Assembly: GCA_031411835.1 (NCBI GenBank)
Contig: JANOBV010000274.1
Location: 132-64,131, forward strand
Source: Bacteroidota bacterium
Lineage (GTDB): Bacteria; Bacteroidota; Bacteroidia; AKYH767-A; 2013-40CM-41-45
Reading direction: 5' to 3'
DNA: 64,000 bases
Shown here: piece after piece, positions 10,201 to 19,059 of the stretch
Numbering within the stretch: position 1 is the stretch's first letter
Layout of the letters: each line of letters begins with the position of its first letter
Made by a program: the position numbers and the translations under genes
The notes under the pieces: generated by a model
Told to the model about the DNA's origin: nothing
Databases searched by the model: none
Seen by the model: only the letters and a program-made list of their open reading frames with translations

Positions 10201-13200
10201 TTGAGAAATTGTGAAAATCGAATCGCATGGATAAGAAGAGAATAACGTAACAAGGTAATCGCACGAATCGCAGCTTATCGCACCCGGACAATTTATCAAT
10301 ATCCTCTCCCACTCGTACTCTGACAATGAAAGGTCAAGAACATTATTCAACCAAACCCAACGTTCGATGCTTGTATCGCAAGGGAAATCATTTCCAAGTG
10401 AGACAAGAGTATCACATGCAACACAATGATCCATCCATTGAATATTACAGCTATCTAGCATAGAAATAATTGTGGAATCTGAATAATTCCATCCACTCAA
10501 ACTATCGATCCATTGAGAAATTGTGAAGATCGAATCGCAAGGATAGGAAGAGAACAGTGAATCCAAATATAAACAGGAATCGCAGGAAATAGCAGCAGGA
10601 CAATTTATTAGTATTCGTTGCCATTCGTATTCTGAAAGAGAAAGATCCAACGCATTATTTAACCACACCCATCGTTCAATTGTGGAATCGCAAGGATAAT
10701 TACCTCCTATTTCAACCAATGAATCGCAAAGAACACAATGCTCTCCCCAATTAATACTGCAGCTATCCAACATTGAAATAATTACTGTATCAGAATAATT
10801 CCATCCGCTTAAGCTGTCAATCCATTGGGTCAATGTAAAAATTGAATCACATGGATATGAAATTACAAGATCACTTAAATGCTGACAGGAGTCGCAGGCC
10901 ACAGATCCAGGACAATTAGCGAGAATAAAACTCCATTCATATTTTGTATACTTTAAATTAAGTTTATAATTAAGCCATGCCCACCGTTCCATGGTTGTGT
11001 CACATGGGTAATCATCCGACAAAGCAACTAATGTATCGCAAAGTACACACCTATTCATCCATGAAATATTACAAGTATCGAGTAAAGCAACAACAGCAGT
11101 ATCTGAATAATTAAAATGGCCCATGCTATCGACCCACTGCAAAAGACTAAATGTCGAATGACATGGATAAGTAGCTGCCAGTGAATCAAGGTTGACGCAC
11201 ACATTGCAGTTTGTGTCCATTGGACACGCTAAAAATATTTGTTGCCACTCGTATCTGGTGAATGATAAGTGCATTTTTTGATTCAGCCATGACCACAAAG
11301 TTCTTCCAGTATTGCATGGGAATTGGTCCACATAATTCTGAAGAGTATCGCAATTATAAATACAATGAGCAAACCAATTGATGTTACAGCTATCAAGTCG
11401 AGGAATTAGTACACTATCAATGATATCATGCGGCAAATGTTCACTAAACCATTTTGTTAATTCAACTCCTCCATGACATGGATAACTTAGCAATATCTGA
11501 TTATATTCATCGCATGTATCACAATCAAAATTTATGTGACAAAATTCAAGGGCATATTCATAATCAGCTTGAGTATAATTTAGGCCTAATAAATTATTAA
11601 AAAAGTACTCAATTGTACTGTCTACCAAACAATCATACCCAGAATAAACGTCAATCAGTTTGTCACAATTTATGCAAGGCAATTGAATATGGCAACTATC
11701 CATGTAAACCAACCAAGTGGAATCCGAATAGGAAAACCCAAAATATGTATTTAAATAAGTAGCCAATGGCACTTTGCTTTCGCAATTGTATTCGGAAACC
11801 ACCATTGTCAAATTGTCGCAATTTATATGACACGGTATTTCGAATCTACATTTTATTATCAAAGAATCCCATTGTGTACTTGTATATCCCCAACCACTTT
11901 CATTTTCAAGATGCTGATAAACCGTTAATGTATCAGAACACTTATACTTATCAAGAAAGTGAGACAACTGCACACATGTATCACAATTAATTGTATCACC
12001 ACAAATGCGGAAATACATTGACCAAATATCAATATTTAAATTAACATCAAATTTGTCATTCATATAATCAACTAAAGATAAAGTGGATTTACAATTATAA
12101 GAATGAATAACATCATTAATGGATGCACAACAATTGAGACTAATATTGCATTCGTCAAGATAATGATAGTAAAAGCTATCCGTATAATTTGCCTGGAAAT
12201 AAAAATTCAACCATTGCATGAGAGTAATAGTGTCTTGAAAACAGTTGAATTCACCGACAGCTGCTGTAAGCAGTTCGCAATTAAATGTATTATGCGTAAT
12301 TGAGCAACTGTCAAGCCATTGCAAATAAAAAGACATTGAAAAATTATATCCAAGCATATCATTCATACACCTACTTAATAAGTAGGGAGGTTGAGAAGAC
12401 GCACATATATCATAAATTTCCTTAAGTGTATCACAAGATACTTTAACCTCAAGCCGATCATCAGTGCACATACTAAATATTGTCATATAATCAGAAAAGT
12501 TCAAATCTAAATTTAAATGAAAGTTGAAATAATCAGTAAATGGTGGTCTGACTGGAAGTGAAATGTAAGAATGATACCAATCCAATAAAACTTCGCATGG
12601 AATTGGTGATCTGCCATGGCATTGTTTCAGCCAAAGAATATATTCATGTAAAGTAAAATTAAGACCAAACGATGAGTTCATGCAATCAGCGAAATGATCT
12701 ACTGGATAACTAATACACGAATCTCTTTTGCTATTCAAAGAATCACAACTTATAGTAAATTCTGTCGGATCACCGGAAACGTAAATACCGCAATTATATA
12801 ACCATTTAAGAAGTGCTTCTCCTTCAATTGACAAACCTAAATAATTGCTGAACCAAACTGATAATGGAGGTTGATGCGTCAACAGATTATAAGCATTATA
12901 TGCTTCCCAAATTTTCATACAATCTATATATGGAACATTACAGCTATCCAACCAATTTGCATATGTATTCCAACTATAATCAACACCCAAAATACTATTC
13001 AACTGATTTTCAGGTGTAACACACTCTTCTATCGTCGGCCAAATTGAATTATAGAGGATTGCAATTGAATCGCATGAAGCAGATCCGGAAGGCACATCAA
13101 GTAAACAATCTGTAATTAATTTTGCCCATTGCTGATAGGTCAAATTTAAATCAAAAACCTGTTTAAGATAAACTGTTAGAGGCGGCCTAACTGTACTATC

Positions 13201-16200
13201 AAGACTAGAATAATTATCAACTGCATTTTGAAGGTCAATACAAGGAATTAAATTTACTCCACAGGAATCAAACCATTCCAAATATTCATTGATTGAAAAA
13301 TCAATGCCAATCGTATCATTCAAACAATTTGCAAACAAGCAAAATGCTGTTGAAGAATGGCAATCGACCAACAATAAATTAAGATTTAAGCAAGCAGTTG
13401 GCGAGTATGTTGGAACTGTTATACTACAAGCACTAAGTTGAGTCATATAATAACCATACGTATGTGTTGCTCCCAAAACATGATTCATCCACATTGAGAA
13501 TGGAGGACGCAACCCAACTGGTATAGCATTATACAAATCCACTGCAGAATCCAACAAGAAACACGAAGTCATCATTGCTGCTGAATTCATCTCAAAAGAT
13601 TCACTCTCCGAAGGTGGGATAAACAAATTATCTGTGCTCGCAATAAAATCACTTGAAAGTTTTGTGTTAGGTCTATACGTTTCAATAAAACTTGAAACTT
13701 TTCCTATAGATTCAAAATTGAAAGCAGATTTACCTTGAATGATTTTTGATTCCCTTTTCACTGGCCAATCTACATTACCTAAATCTGATTTAATATCAAT
13801 TTCAGATTTCTGTAGAGAATCTCCTATTTCAGATCTGTGCTTTAGGCTTTTGAGTTTACGTTCATTTTTTAATCTATTATACTCGTCAATTATATGTTGG
13901 CGATTTCGCGCATCAGAATTTTTATTCGCGTTCGTTGGCGTAATAGAAAATGTAGAAGTGTTTTTACTTCTATTTGTCGGCACTAAATGGTCTCCACTTC
14001 TACGCATAGTCATACCAGTAGCGTATGGAATATGTGAAGATGGATCACAATTTAAAATCCACGCAGCATATTGCATGTAATTATAATCCAAAAACAAATG
14101 TTTATTTATGTAAACCACAAAAGAATCAGCCGGTAAGCCTGATGCTTCAAATTCCGCTTTGTGGTACATCAATGTATCGCAAATTACAAATCCGGTTGTG
14201 ATGGTATCGAAAGCACAGTTGTAGATCCAGGTAGAATAATCTCTTTCAGGAAGTGAGAAAAGTAATTCTTGGTTGAAAAAATCAACTAGGGACATGCCAC
14301 CTGCATCTTGTTGCTGCAAGTAATCAATGAAAATAAGTCGAATATCATTGCAGTCTGGCGGTGGATTAGCAACAATAGTGTCGATCGAACATTGACTCAT
14401 GAATGAATAATAATCTGTTGGCGACAAATGAAAACCGAAACGATGGTTAATATAATCGGCCATGATCTCGGGATCATCTTCACTGCCTAATACGAGGCTA
14501 AATTCATTTGTATAATCAACATAAGCTGAACTGATACTATCGCATGGCAAACAATCATTGCAACTTAAAACTTGGGGCAAACGAATAGCTTCCGACATAT
14601 TCAAACAAATCGAATCAAAACAATTTGAGCGAATTATTTCCAGCTCATCTTTAGAAAGCCAGCTTTGAAAATTAGTGGAGAGATATACCTGAAAAGAATC
14701 TAGTGAATAGTTTCCTGTTTCAGCAACCATCATAGAGAAAAGGCTATCAAACTTTTCACAAGTACATGTAGATGGTTTTGGAAAAGCAATGTCATTGACA
14801 TCAATCGCACCCGGTTTCTCATACGGTCGTGGTTGATCAATAACTACAGCATTGCATCTTGAATTTGAAGAAACACCAAGAATTTGTTCCATTGCGGTTT
14901 GAAAATCACGAGGAGATACAACACTTGTATCAGCAGCAGTACTAGAGCCTAGTGGATGCGTGGCGTCGCAACCTGCTTTACAGATATCTTCAAATTTATT
15001 AAGTAAAGTATTCAATGTTGCAGCATCAATATTGCCGCAGTAATCCTGAAGCTGATGAGTCCAGGCATTTCTGTATGAGTGACAAATATCACTACAATGT
15101 TGATCCAACTTATCTTTATTAACATATGCATTCGCCTGATTTGTATCTGCAAATGTAAGTGGTGCATTTGGCCCTTGGTGATTAAATCTTGGGACTTTAT
15201 ACTTATAAGCTATTCCGTATCGAGGTCCGGCACACGTTCCAGTATGACCCAAGTAATGGTATGGGGACAATGGATCACTCCCAATCCAATTATTTCCACA
15301 AGCGCTTGCGGCACTACATGTTGAAGTTGCAAAATAATTTTCCCGCAATGCAAAATATTTATCCTTCTCATAGAGATATAGCAATTTAAAAGCTTGCCAT
15401 GCTACGTTCTGATCTCCTACACATAAATCATATATATTTAATGTATCAGTACAAAAATCATATCCTGCAGGTAATTGACCATGTATAGCTGCAAGACAAG
15501 CATACTCCCACAATGTATATGTTATATTAGATTTTCCTGTGCAAGCAGCATTATATGGTGATGAAAAAGGAACAGTTTTATAACTATGCAACTTTCCTTC
15601 GAATGCCGAAAGATATGCATGACCATCTGCTAACGCTGGCACAAAAAAGGGATCAGGGTTTGGATTATCCAATGGATGAATAAAGCCAAGGCTATCTGCT
15701 GCAGCAAACGTTTCAACTTCTAACATCTGCGCATCATAATCATTAGACTCTGAATTTTTAATACAAAATTCCAAGTAGCAAGATTCAGGATGAGACTTCA
15801 AAAGTGATATTGCCCAGGACTCATCAAAATTATCTATGAATTCCTGCAAACCTAATTGATCAGGTGTTTTCGGTCCGTCAGGTGTTGAAACAAAAATAGT
15901 ATCTCCTTGTTCATCTAGATAAGGTGTTGAAGGCGCCTTAGAATAATTGAAATGTGTTCCATCCCAATAAAACAACGAGGTTCTATCAGAAGTGTCTGAT
16001 GGCATTCCGTCTGGATCCTTTCCATAAGAAGCATATTGCCCACCAGGCTTCAAATCACTTATCATCAAATCCCTTTTAGTTGAACACACATCGAAAGGGT
16101 GACAAATTTCCATGCACTGCAAATAACTTTTATGATAGAGGTTATAAGCATTGGTTGAATCTTCGCCTGTAAATGATGTATCAATAAAGCCTCCGGCTAT

Positions 16201-18363
16201 AAGTTCCGTAAACATCTCTGCAATGAATGAAGCAGAATCGCCTAATTGATCCATGCATGTTTCACAAGTCAGATTGCAACCGGAAGAATCTATTGTTGAT
16301 AATTCATTCTGTATAAATGAATCAATAGATATGCAAGTATTCTCTCTTAGAAATTTATCCGTATAAAAATCCAACGCTTTATTACTTACAGTGACAACTC
16401 TGCTTATGAAATATGAACCAACTGTAAGATCAATTTGAAAAGTATCAGCCAAAGCAGAATCCGGAAGAACACACAAAGTATCAAATGCATTAGATAATGA
16501 ATCTGGAAATGGATACGTATTTGGTATTTTATAATTCTGATAATTTCTAATTAAAAGCGGTTCATTTCTATTTGCATTCGGGCTGCACAACGAACTTATA
16601 GATACTTGAATATTATAATAGCAATCATAACAGATAGAATCATTATCACAATTTGCAAAAGTCAAATGATCCGGAAATATTGAATAGTAAAATGTAAATG
16701 TCCCCGGAGTTTTTGCTAAAAAAGATGTAGAACTTGTTACTGAAGAATCCTGAATAAAACTAGGTTCGATCAATGGAGTTCTTATAATAATATCGGGAGA
16801 ATATTCACGTAAAGTGTCTAGGTTATGAGGAGGGTGTCCAGTAAGCGCAGTAGCAATTACACGATCATGTGCATCTTTATAAGCAACAGAGCCTTGTCCA
16901 TTAGGGTCAACAGTCAATTCTTGAGTATAATGAATATCCTTTCCAACATCATTTCCAAAAAGTCGATCCAATTCTGTTTGCGATGGTTTTGCATAATAAA
17001 ATTGCGTTTCATGACCTGAGCCCAATGTCAGATCTTGTCCCACTCCACTCTGTCTATTCACTCTACCTGTATTATCAGGTGTAAATTCTGTTACTGAAAA
17101 CGGATAACCAAATGAATTTGGAATATACTTGAAAGGAGCTTGGGTATATAGTGGATTGTTATCAGAATAATAACGAGCAGCGCCTGAATCAATACTCAAA
17201 GGCACAGGGCCCACACCGCAACCTGCAGTATCAAAATCCATCCAGCTATAAGGATCTCCAGCTGGATTCATATTATAACGATGATAATATCTAATCTGCG
17301 GATTGAATGCCGGAGCAGGTAAAACCTGTACAGCTGCACGCCCTTGATAATCGTAAATAGTTTCAGCAACAACTGTTGTATCTACAGAATTTACACGAGT
17401 AACAGATTGACGATTTCGAAGTGTGCCGTCATGATATGAGATAACTTCTTTACGCTTTCCTTCCTCTGCAAATGATACATTATACTGCCATGTCAATGTA
17501 GGTTCATGCCAAGGTACAGTATACCAAGATGAAAAATATCCCCATTCAGTATTTGTCAATTGATATCCGGGAAACGTTTTCACTCCACGAACTCTATATA
17601 ATAATTTCCCCTGACTATAGATCAAAGGTATTTCATAGGCATTAGCGGATGTATTAATTCTCGTTGCACCAAGATGAAAAAGTGAATCTAGGTTACCATA
17701 AAATGAAAAATTCTTTACGACTAAACTACTATCATCAAAGAATGCCCATTCAAGATCATAGCTGTTTGCACCGGGAATTTGTGACCAATTTACTTGAAGT
17801 TGATTTCTTGGAGCGTCATAATTCACAGAATTAAAATTCGGAGATAAAGAACAATTAAAAGAATACGAACGATTAAAATTCAGTTCCGCATATAACCTAA
17901 GATTATTATGCTTAATTACAGAACCGTTTCCTTGGGCAAAAACGAAAGCACCTACTGTCACTTTAATTCTATATGCATCTTTAATATAATAAATTGCTTT
18001 GTTATGGTAAGGCTTATTGGCGATAGTGTCATAATCAATATACATTACTACTGACTGAGAAGTCATTGTATTCAATGAATCCCAAGTATCGATATTCAGT
18101 GTGACAGAGCAACTATAAGAATCTTTTATTACTTCACTTGATTGAGGATCTATTTCAAAAACAACAAAACCTTTAGCAGAATAAACTGTATCGATTGTAG
18201 ACCATGTGGCAGTATCTCGAACTCCTAGTGTATCCAATGTATTGAAAGCTGTTCCAGATAAATAATCGGAAAAGGTTTCAGTTTGAGCATTCGCACTGAA
18301 TGTCAAAAGAAGCAACACGACAAGTATTTGCCCTCTAAACCAAAGTAAAATTTTCTCAATCAT
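4258..18363 (-). CDS. Giant secreted RHS/YD-repeat polymorphic toxin (4701 aa) with a C-terminal metzincin-type toxin domain
   Basis: Uninterrupted 14.1-kb ORF. Signal peptide LLLLTFSANAQTE. YD-type repeats such as YYYDQAGNLVAT, YDDLGRVGEV, YDISGNVKTL, YDDDNRITHV, YDPNGNILTY and YDLNGNIIYD map to ~5.2-7.2 kb. Hinge DYYPFGMLMPGR...IDGIDLDGKEW. HELGHSAGALH at 4474-4506. Confidence 0.95.
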   Translation of the reverse strand: MIEKILLWFRGQILVVLLLLTFSANAQTETFSDYLSGTAFNTLDTLGVRDTATWSTIDTVYSAKGFVVFEIDPQSSEVIKDSYSCSVTLNIDTWDSLNTMTSQSVVMYIDYDTIANKPYHNKAIYYIKDAYRIKVTVGAFVFAQGNGSVIKHNNLRLYAELNFNRSYSFNCSLSPNFNSVNYDAPRNQLQVNWSQIPGANSYDLEWAFFDDSSLVVKNFSFYGNLDSLFHLGATRINTSANAYEIPLIYSQGKLLYRVRGVKTFPGYQLTNTEWGYFSSWYTVPWHEPTLTWQYNVSFAEEGKRKEVISYHDGTLRNRQSVTRVNSVDTTVVAETIYDYQGRAAVQVLPAPAFNPQIRYYHRYNMNPAGDPYSWMDFDTAGCGVGPVPLSIDSGAARYYSDNNPLYTQAPFKYIPNSFGYPFSVTEFTPDNTGRVNRQSGVGQDLTLGSGHETQFYYAKPSQTELDRLFGNDVGKDIHYTQELTVDPNGQGSVAYKDAHDRVIATALTGHPPHNLDTLREYSPDIIIRTPLIEPSFIQDSSVTSSTSFLAKTPGTFTFYYSIFPDHLTFANCDNDSICYDCYYNIQVSISSLCSPNANRNEPLLIRNYQNYKIPNTYPFPDSLSNAFDTLCVLPDSALADTFQIDLTVGSYFISRVVTVSNKALDFYTDKFLRENTCISIDSFIQNELSTIDSSGCNLTCETCMDQLGDSASFIAEMFTELIAGGFIDTSFTGEDSTNAYNLYHKSYLQCMEICHPFDVCSTKRDLMISDLKPGGQYASYGKDPDGMPSDTSDRTSLFYWDGTHFNYSKAPSTPYLDEQGDTIFVSTPDGPKTPDQLGLQEFIDNFDESWAISLLKSHPESCYLEFCIKNSESNDYDAQMLEVETFAAADSLGFIHPLDNPNPDPFFVPALADGHAYLSAFEGKLHSYKTVPFSSPYNAACTGKSNITYTLWEYACLAAIHGQLPAGYDFCTDTLNIYDLCVGDQNVAWQAFKLLYLYEKDKYFALRENYFATSTCSAASACGNNWIGSDPLSPYHYLGHTGTCAGPRYGIAYKYKVPRFNHQGPNAPLTFADTNQANAYVNKDKLDQHCSDICHSYRNAWTHQLQDYCGNIDAATLNTLLNKFEDICKAGCDATHPLGSSTAADTSVVSPRDFQTAMEQILGVSSNSRCNAVVIDQPRPYEKPGAIDVNDIAFPKPSTCTCEKFDSLFSMMVAETGNYSLDSFQVYLSTNFQSWLSKDELEIIRSNCFDSICLNMSEAIRLPQVLSCNDCLPCDSISSAYVDYTNEFSLVLGSEDDPEIMADYINHRFGFHLSPTDYYSFMSQCSIDTIVANPPPDCNDIRLIFIDYLQQQDAGGMSLVDFFNQELLFSLPERDYSTWIYNCAFDTITTGFVICDTLMYHKAEFEASGLPADSFVVYINKHLFLDYNYMQYAAWILNCDPSSHIPYATGMTMRRSGDHLVPTNRSKNTSTFSITPTNANKNSDARNRQHIIDEYNRLKNERKLKSLKHRSEIGDSLQKSEIDIKSDLGNVDWPVKRESKIIQGKSAFNFESIGKVSSFIETYRPNTKLSSDFIASTDNLFIPPSESESFEMNSAAMMTSCFLLDSAVDLYNAIPVGLRPPFSMWMNHVLGATHTYGYYMTQLSACSITVPTYSPTACLNLNLLLVDCHSSTAFCLFANCLNDTIGIDFSINEYLEWFDSCGVNLIPCIDLQNAVDNYSSLDSTVRPPLTVYLKQVFDLNLTYQQWAKLITDCLLDVPSGSASCDSIAILYNSIWPTIEECVTPENQLNSILGVDYSWNTYANWLDSCNVPYIDCMKIWEAYNAYNLLTHQPPLSVWFSNYLGLSIEGEALLKWLYNCGIYVSGDPTEFTISCDSLNSKRDSCISYPVDHFADCMNSSFGLNFTLHEYILWLKQCHGRSPIPCEVLLDWYHSYISLPVRPPFTDYFNFHLNLDLNFSDYMTIFSMCTDDRLEVKVSCDTLKEIYDICASSQPPYLLSRCMNDMLGYNFSMSFYLQWLDSCSITHNTFNCELLTAAVGEFNCFQDTITLMQWLNFYFQANYTDSFYYHYLDECNISLNCCASINDVIHSYNCKSTLSLVDYMNDKFDVNLNIDIWSMYFRICGDTINCDTCVQLSHFLDKYKCSDTLTVYQHLENESGWGYTSTQWDSLIIKCRFEIPCHINCDNLTMVVSEYNCESKVPLATYLNTYFGFSYSDSTWLVYMDSCHIQLPCINCDKLIDVYSGYDCLVDSTIEYFFNNLLGLNYTQADYEYALEFCHINFDCDTCDEYNQILLSYPCHGGVELTKWFSEHLPHDIIDSVLIPRLDSCNINWFAHCIYNCDTLQNYVDQFPCNTGRTLWSWLNQKMHLSFTRYEWQQIFLACPMDTNCNVCVNLDSLAATYPCHSTFSLLQWVDSMGHFNYSDTAVVALLDTCNISWMNRCVLCDTLVALSDDYPCDTTMERWAWLNYKLNLKYTKYEWSFILANCPGSVACDSCQHLSDLVISYPCDSIFTLTQWIDSLSGWNYSDTVIISMLDSCSINWGEHCVLCDSLVEIGGNYPCDSTIERWVWLNNALDLSLSEYEWQRILINCPAAISCDSCLYLDSLFSSYPCDSIFTISQWIDSLSGWNYSDSTIISMLDSCNIQWMDHCVACDTLVSLGNDFPCDTSIERWVWLNNVLDLSLSEYEWERILINCPGAISCDSCDYLVTLFSSYPCDSIFTISQWIDSLSGWNYSDTTIISMLDSCNILWMDHCVACDTLVSLGNNFPCDTSIERWVWLNNALNLSLSEYEWERILLNCPGSIGCDSCDYLDTLFASYPCDSIFTISEWIDTLSGWNYSDSTILSMLDSCNIQWMDHCVVCDTLIELAHSFPCDTTLERWVWLNDTLNLSLSEYEWQLILMNCPGSLACDSCSYLEDIVNSYPCDSAISITQWIDSLTGWTYSDSVLISMLDSCNIDWLHHCIPNCDTLEALASHYPCLSPIPVWMWLNDTLGLSYSEYDWSLIYVRCAIDTTCTPCPVLDSLMQGYNCNDTISLRDYLANASGWNYSDSTFISMMDTCSIDWISHCIPNCDSINYYAGIYPCDTNITMENWLNASLDLVLTDYEWQQVFLRCPVSEVCDTCSYISSLINSYNCSDSLSLIAYLDSTTGWGLPDSIYAHLVEFCSLDTLYLFHCFPGCDSLSALVSVYTNSLIQNGLFVWLNDTMNTTYSDQQFISWLDSCNIDTANSFCETLDSLYYEWLPYQNVVAMDVYLNDSTTLNWNYNLWTYVHLLDSCGVDPFLPCDSLSDLTDVYNALPAPRPPYYLWLNMILGLSYPDSNSVNVLLDSCNITDSTYNCVELFTYVNYYQVRQPGPDLYTWLNTELELNFTVGQYWDWFTICDVDTPFASPCNVYDSLYQIYLSSGTTIALNDWMNDHLTMNFTYYEYVHLFNGCIALPLPCDTILAIDSVFDALPQPKPLFYLYASSILNLDPFIYTQSYYDALLISCGGDTPNPTDCDSLQLLYNDFLALTPPQDLTTWFNTQLTLTFDYWDYLYWFDHCDIYLPLPCDTLNTLAAYHHLHVLDLPVLNVYLDSLLGLSFSYPEYLHMLDSCGILMSSCDSLDEAMQAYLASYDTTVTPWDFVNDYLGKTWTEAQLQTELQTCHPDTSGSLLLCDQGQFPALADTFHIPGCLDDYITLAYHNAAHNYQLYKDSLRGEFRNNYMAHCLESMVDSFYVDGPLSEYHYTLYYYDQAGNLVATIPPNGVHPFNDPDTLQQIVDVRDGGFGTTPIYRTSPFATIYNYNSLNKPVGQKTPDAYAVVYFYDNVGRIIASQNGVQFYANSYSYTIYDDLGRVGEVGKTTNATTLTNAISRNPSSFAAWIAAGVQSEVAKTYYDEPVFTIPQFTQENLRNRVSSVTYSDLSFYDPSTDYYSASHYSYDISGNVKTLIQEVATLNSIDHQFKRIDYDYDLISGKVNYVYYQRDSIDQFTHHYEYDDDNRITHVYTSRDGMTWDEDAHYSYYMHGPLARVELGENKVQGIDYAYTLQGWMKGINSSQLDPNRDMGQDGTIPPLGGIDPVSRDAYGFNLGYFNQDYAPIGGSNFEANYNPTGGSTFGNDSYKNGSLMDNGLYNGNIRHSVLAMDSLNFLNIGYVYKYDQLNRLTAQRAYNGLDTTIHEWTTAAGLEDYKENVKYDPNGNILTYERNGTTNNGPYLKMDSLQYHYFSGTNMLDFVDDAVSPSNYSEDLDAQVTANYQYDLNGNIIYDAADTMQYDFNNNGKMYFAFTPRDLILNYFDPMGNKVETYTEHFGLGSMDQLYHVRDAQGNIMATYVFTDGWEYKLKELNIYGSSRLGVLNVDTVIFDFSTPTQPDFYSAWSGRKMYELTNHLGNVLSTVTDKKVLFDNNNDNVADWSVPEIATANDYYPFGMLMPGRTLSSADYRFGFNDKENLNDVKGVGKLQDYGMRIYDPRLGKFLSIDPIGNNFPWNSPYTFAENRVIDGIDLDGKEWSKTVSYDIRTGQFNVDFKTKIQVIDASRCESSVEENQKSIIKSQEQFSQTYTQFDKDKNINYSAQLEYEFVDANKVGNNNTITLVLKATTSDKNGSYTAGSTPVRPGADSQTNVISIYTYVDGIRRSDDDLSRTITHELGHSAGALHPWEIKKGDADEDIMQGVAPDVRIQENIMNSGANPDVSNRYYNGSGKVATKSTPGQLFKFYETIDEDKKSTK
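7410..14768 (-). repeat. Coding array of about 43 tandem cysteine-bracketed ~50-56-aa modules inside the RHS gene
   Basis: By-eye partition of the translation. Each module looks like C-(D)-(S/T)-L..Y...(P)...W/Y-(L/M)-N..L.L.(F/Y)(S/T)..(E/Y)(Y/W)..(L)(D)(S/T)-C. Example: CDSLSDLTDVYNALPAPRPPYYLWLNMILGLSYPDSNSVNVLLDSC. One ~190-aa charged linker interrupts the array near 13.5-14.1 kb. Confidence 0.8.
9024..11208 (-). repeat. Seven tandem 312-nt (104-aa, two-module) super-repeats; the central copies are near-identical at DNA level
   Basis: gaatcgcatgg/gaatcgcaagg recurs at 9908, 10220 and 10532, exactly 312 nt apart. Protein copies read CDSC.YL..LF.SYPCDSIFTISQWIDSLSGWNYSD.TIISMLDSCNI.WMDHCVACDTLVSLGN.FPCDTSIERWVWLNN.L.LSLSEYEWERIL.NCPG.I. 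Confidence 0.9.
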
Positions 18364-18365
18364 AA

Positions 18366-19055
18366 TTAAAACCTTAAGTGATTAATTAGCGAATATTTTT
18401 TATACTTCGGAGTCAATTGAACAACGGAGTTTGTGATATTTAAATATTTATTAACATTGTATTTGTCTTTCAATTCAACATCTGAAAATAAATAATCCGA
18501 ATATTCATACTTTACAATCGGAATATAATCGTACAGATCATTTATTGGCGTATTGTAATAAACTGAAATAAGCTTCAACGTAAACCTCTCAGTATTAAAA
18601 CTAATTCTAATTGAATCTATGGCATCACTTACTGAATAAAGTGTGTAAGTCCGAGTATTATTCTTATTGAAAACAATTTTCGATATGATTTTTGAATTAA
18701 CAATAACACTGTCAAGGAAATTAAAACTTACCTGCTTTCTTGCATCTGCAGAAGCTTTCGAAACAAGAATGCCTTTCATTTCCTCATTCACAGAAACCAA
18801 CACATTGCCGTCTGAAACACTTTTAATTCCCTCAAGAGAAACAAAGTATTTTCTTTTATAGAATGAATATTCGCCGAAACTAGAATCGATCAAGCTATTC
18901 GTTTTTCTGTCGCCATAAACAATTTTCATTTTGTATGAAAATTGTTTGTCGCCAGAATGAACCCTTTGAATTTGCATTAAGTCTTCTGCCAGATTCTGCG
19001 CCTGGATGGCACTATAGAAAAAGCAAAAGAAAATTAGGACTAAATAGACCTTCAT
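18366..19055 (-). CDS. Secreted protein of unknown function, operon partner
   Basis: 229-aa ORF. Signal peptide LIFFCFFYSAIQAQN. 2-nt gap to the RHS gene start and 4-nt gap to the upstream gene. Confidence 0.7.
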   Translation of the reverse strand: MKVYLVLIFFCFFYSAIQAQNLAEDLMQIQRVHSGDKQFSYKMKIVYGDRKTNSLIDSSFGEYSFYKRKYFVSLEGIKSVSDGNVLVSVNEEMKGILVSKASADARKQVSFNFLDSVIVNSKIISKIVFNKNNTRTYTLYSVSDAIDSIRISFNTERFTLKLISVYYNTPINDLYDYIPIVKYEYSDYLFSDVELKDKYNVNKYLNITNSVVQLTPKYKKYSLINHLRF

Positions 19056-19059
19056 CGTC

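Noticed and set aside
9024-11208. Regularly spaced repeats that might be mistaken for a CRISPR array
   Set aside because: The period is 312 nt with no repeat/spacer alternation. The repeats are in frame inside a continuous ORF and encode conserved Cys/Trp modules.
6382-17019. About a dozen 60-113-aa ORFs nested inside the 4701-aa gene, mostly antisense (e.g. 6382..6573, 13739..14080, 15079..15324) plus one same-strand out-of-frame ORF (7161..7412)
   Set aside because: All lie wholly within a 14.1-kb ORF that has strong protein-level signal (YD repeats, modules, HExxH). Their translations are low-complexity or Ile/Leu/Phe-rich, as expected from out-of-frame or antisense reading of AT-rich coding DNA.
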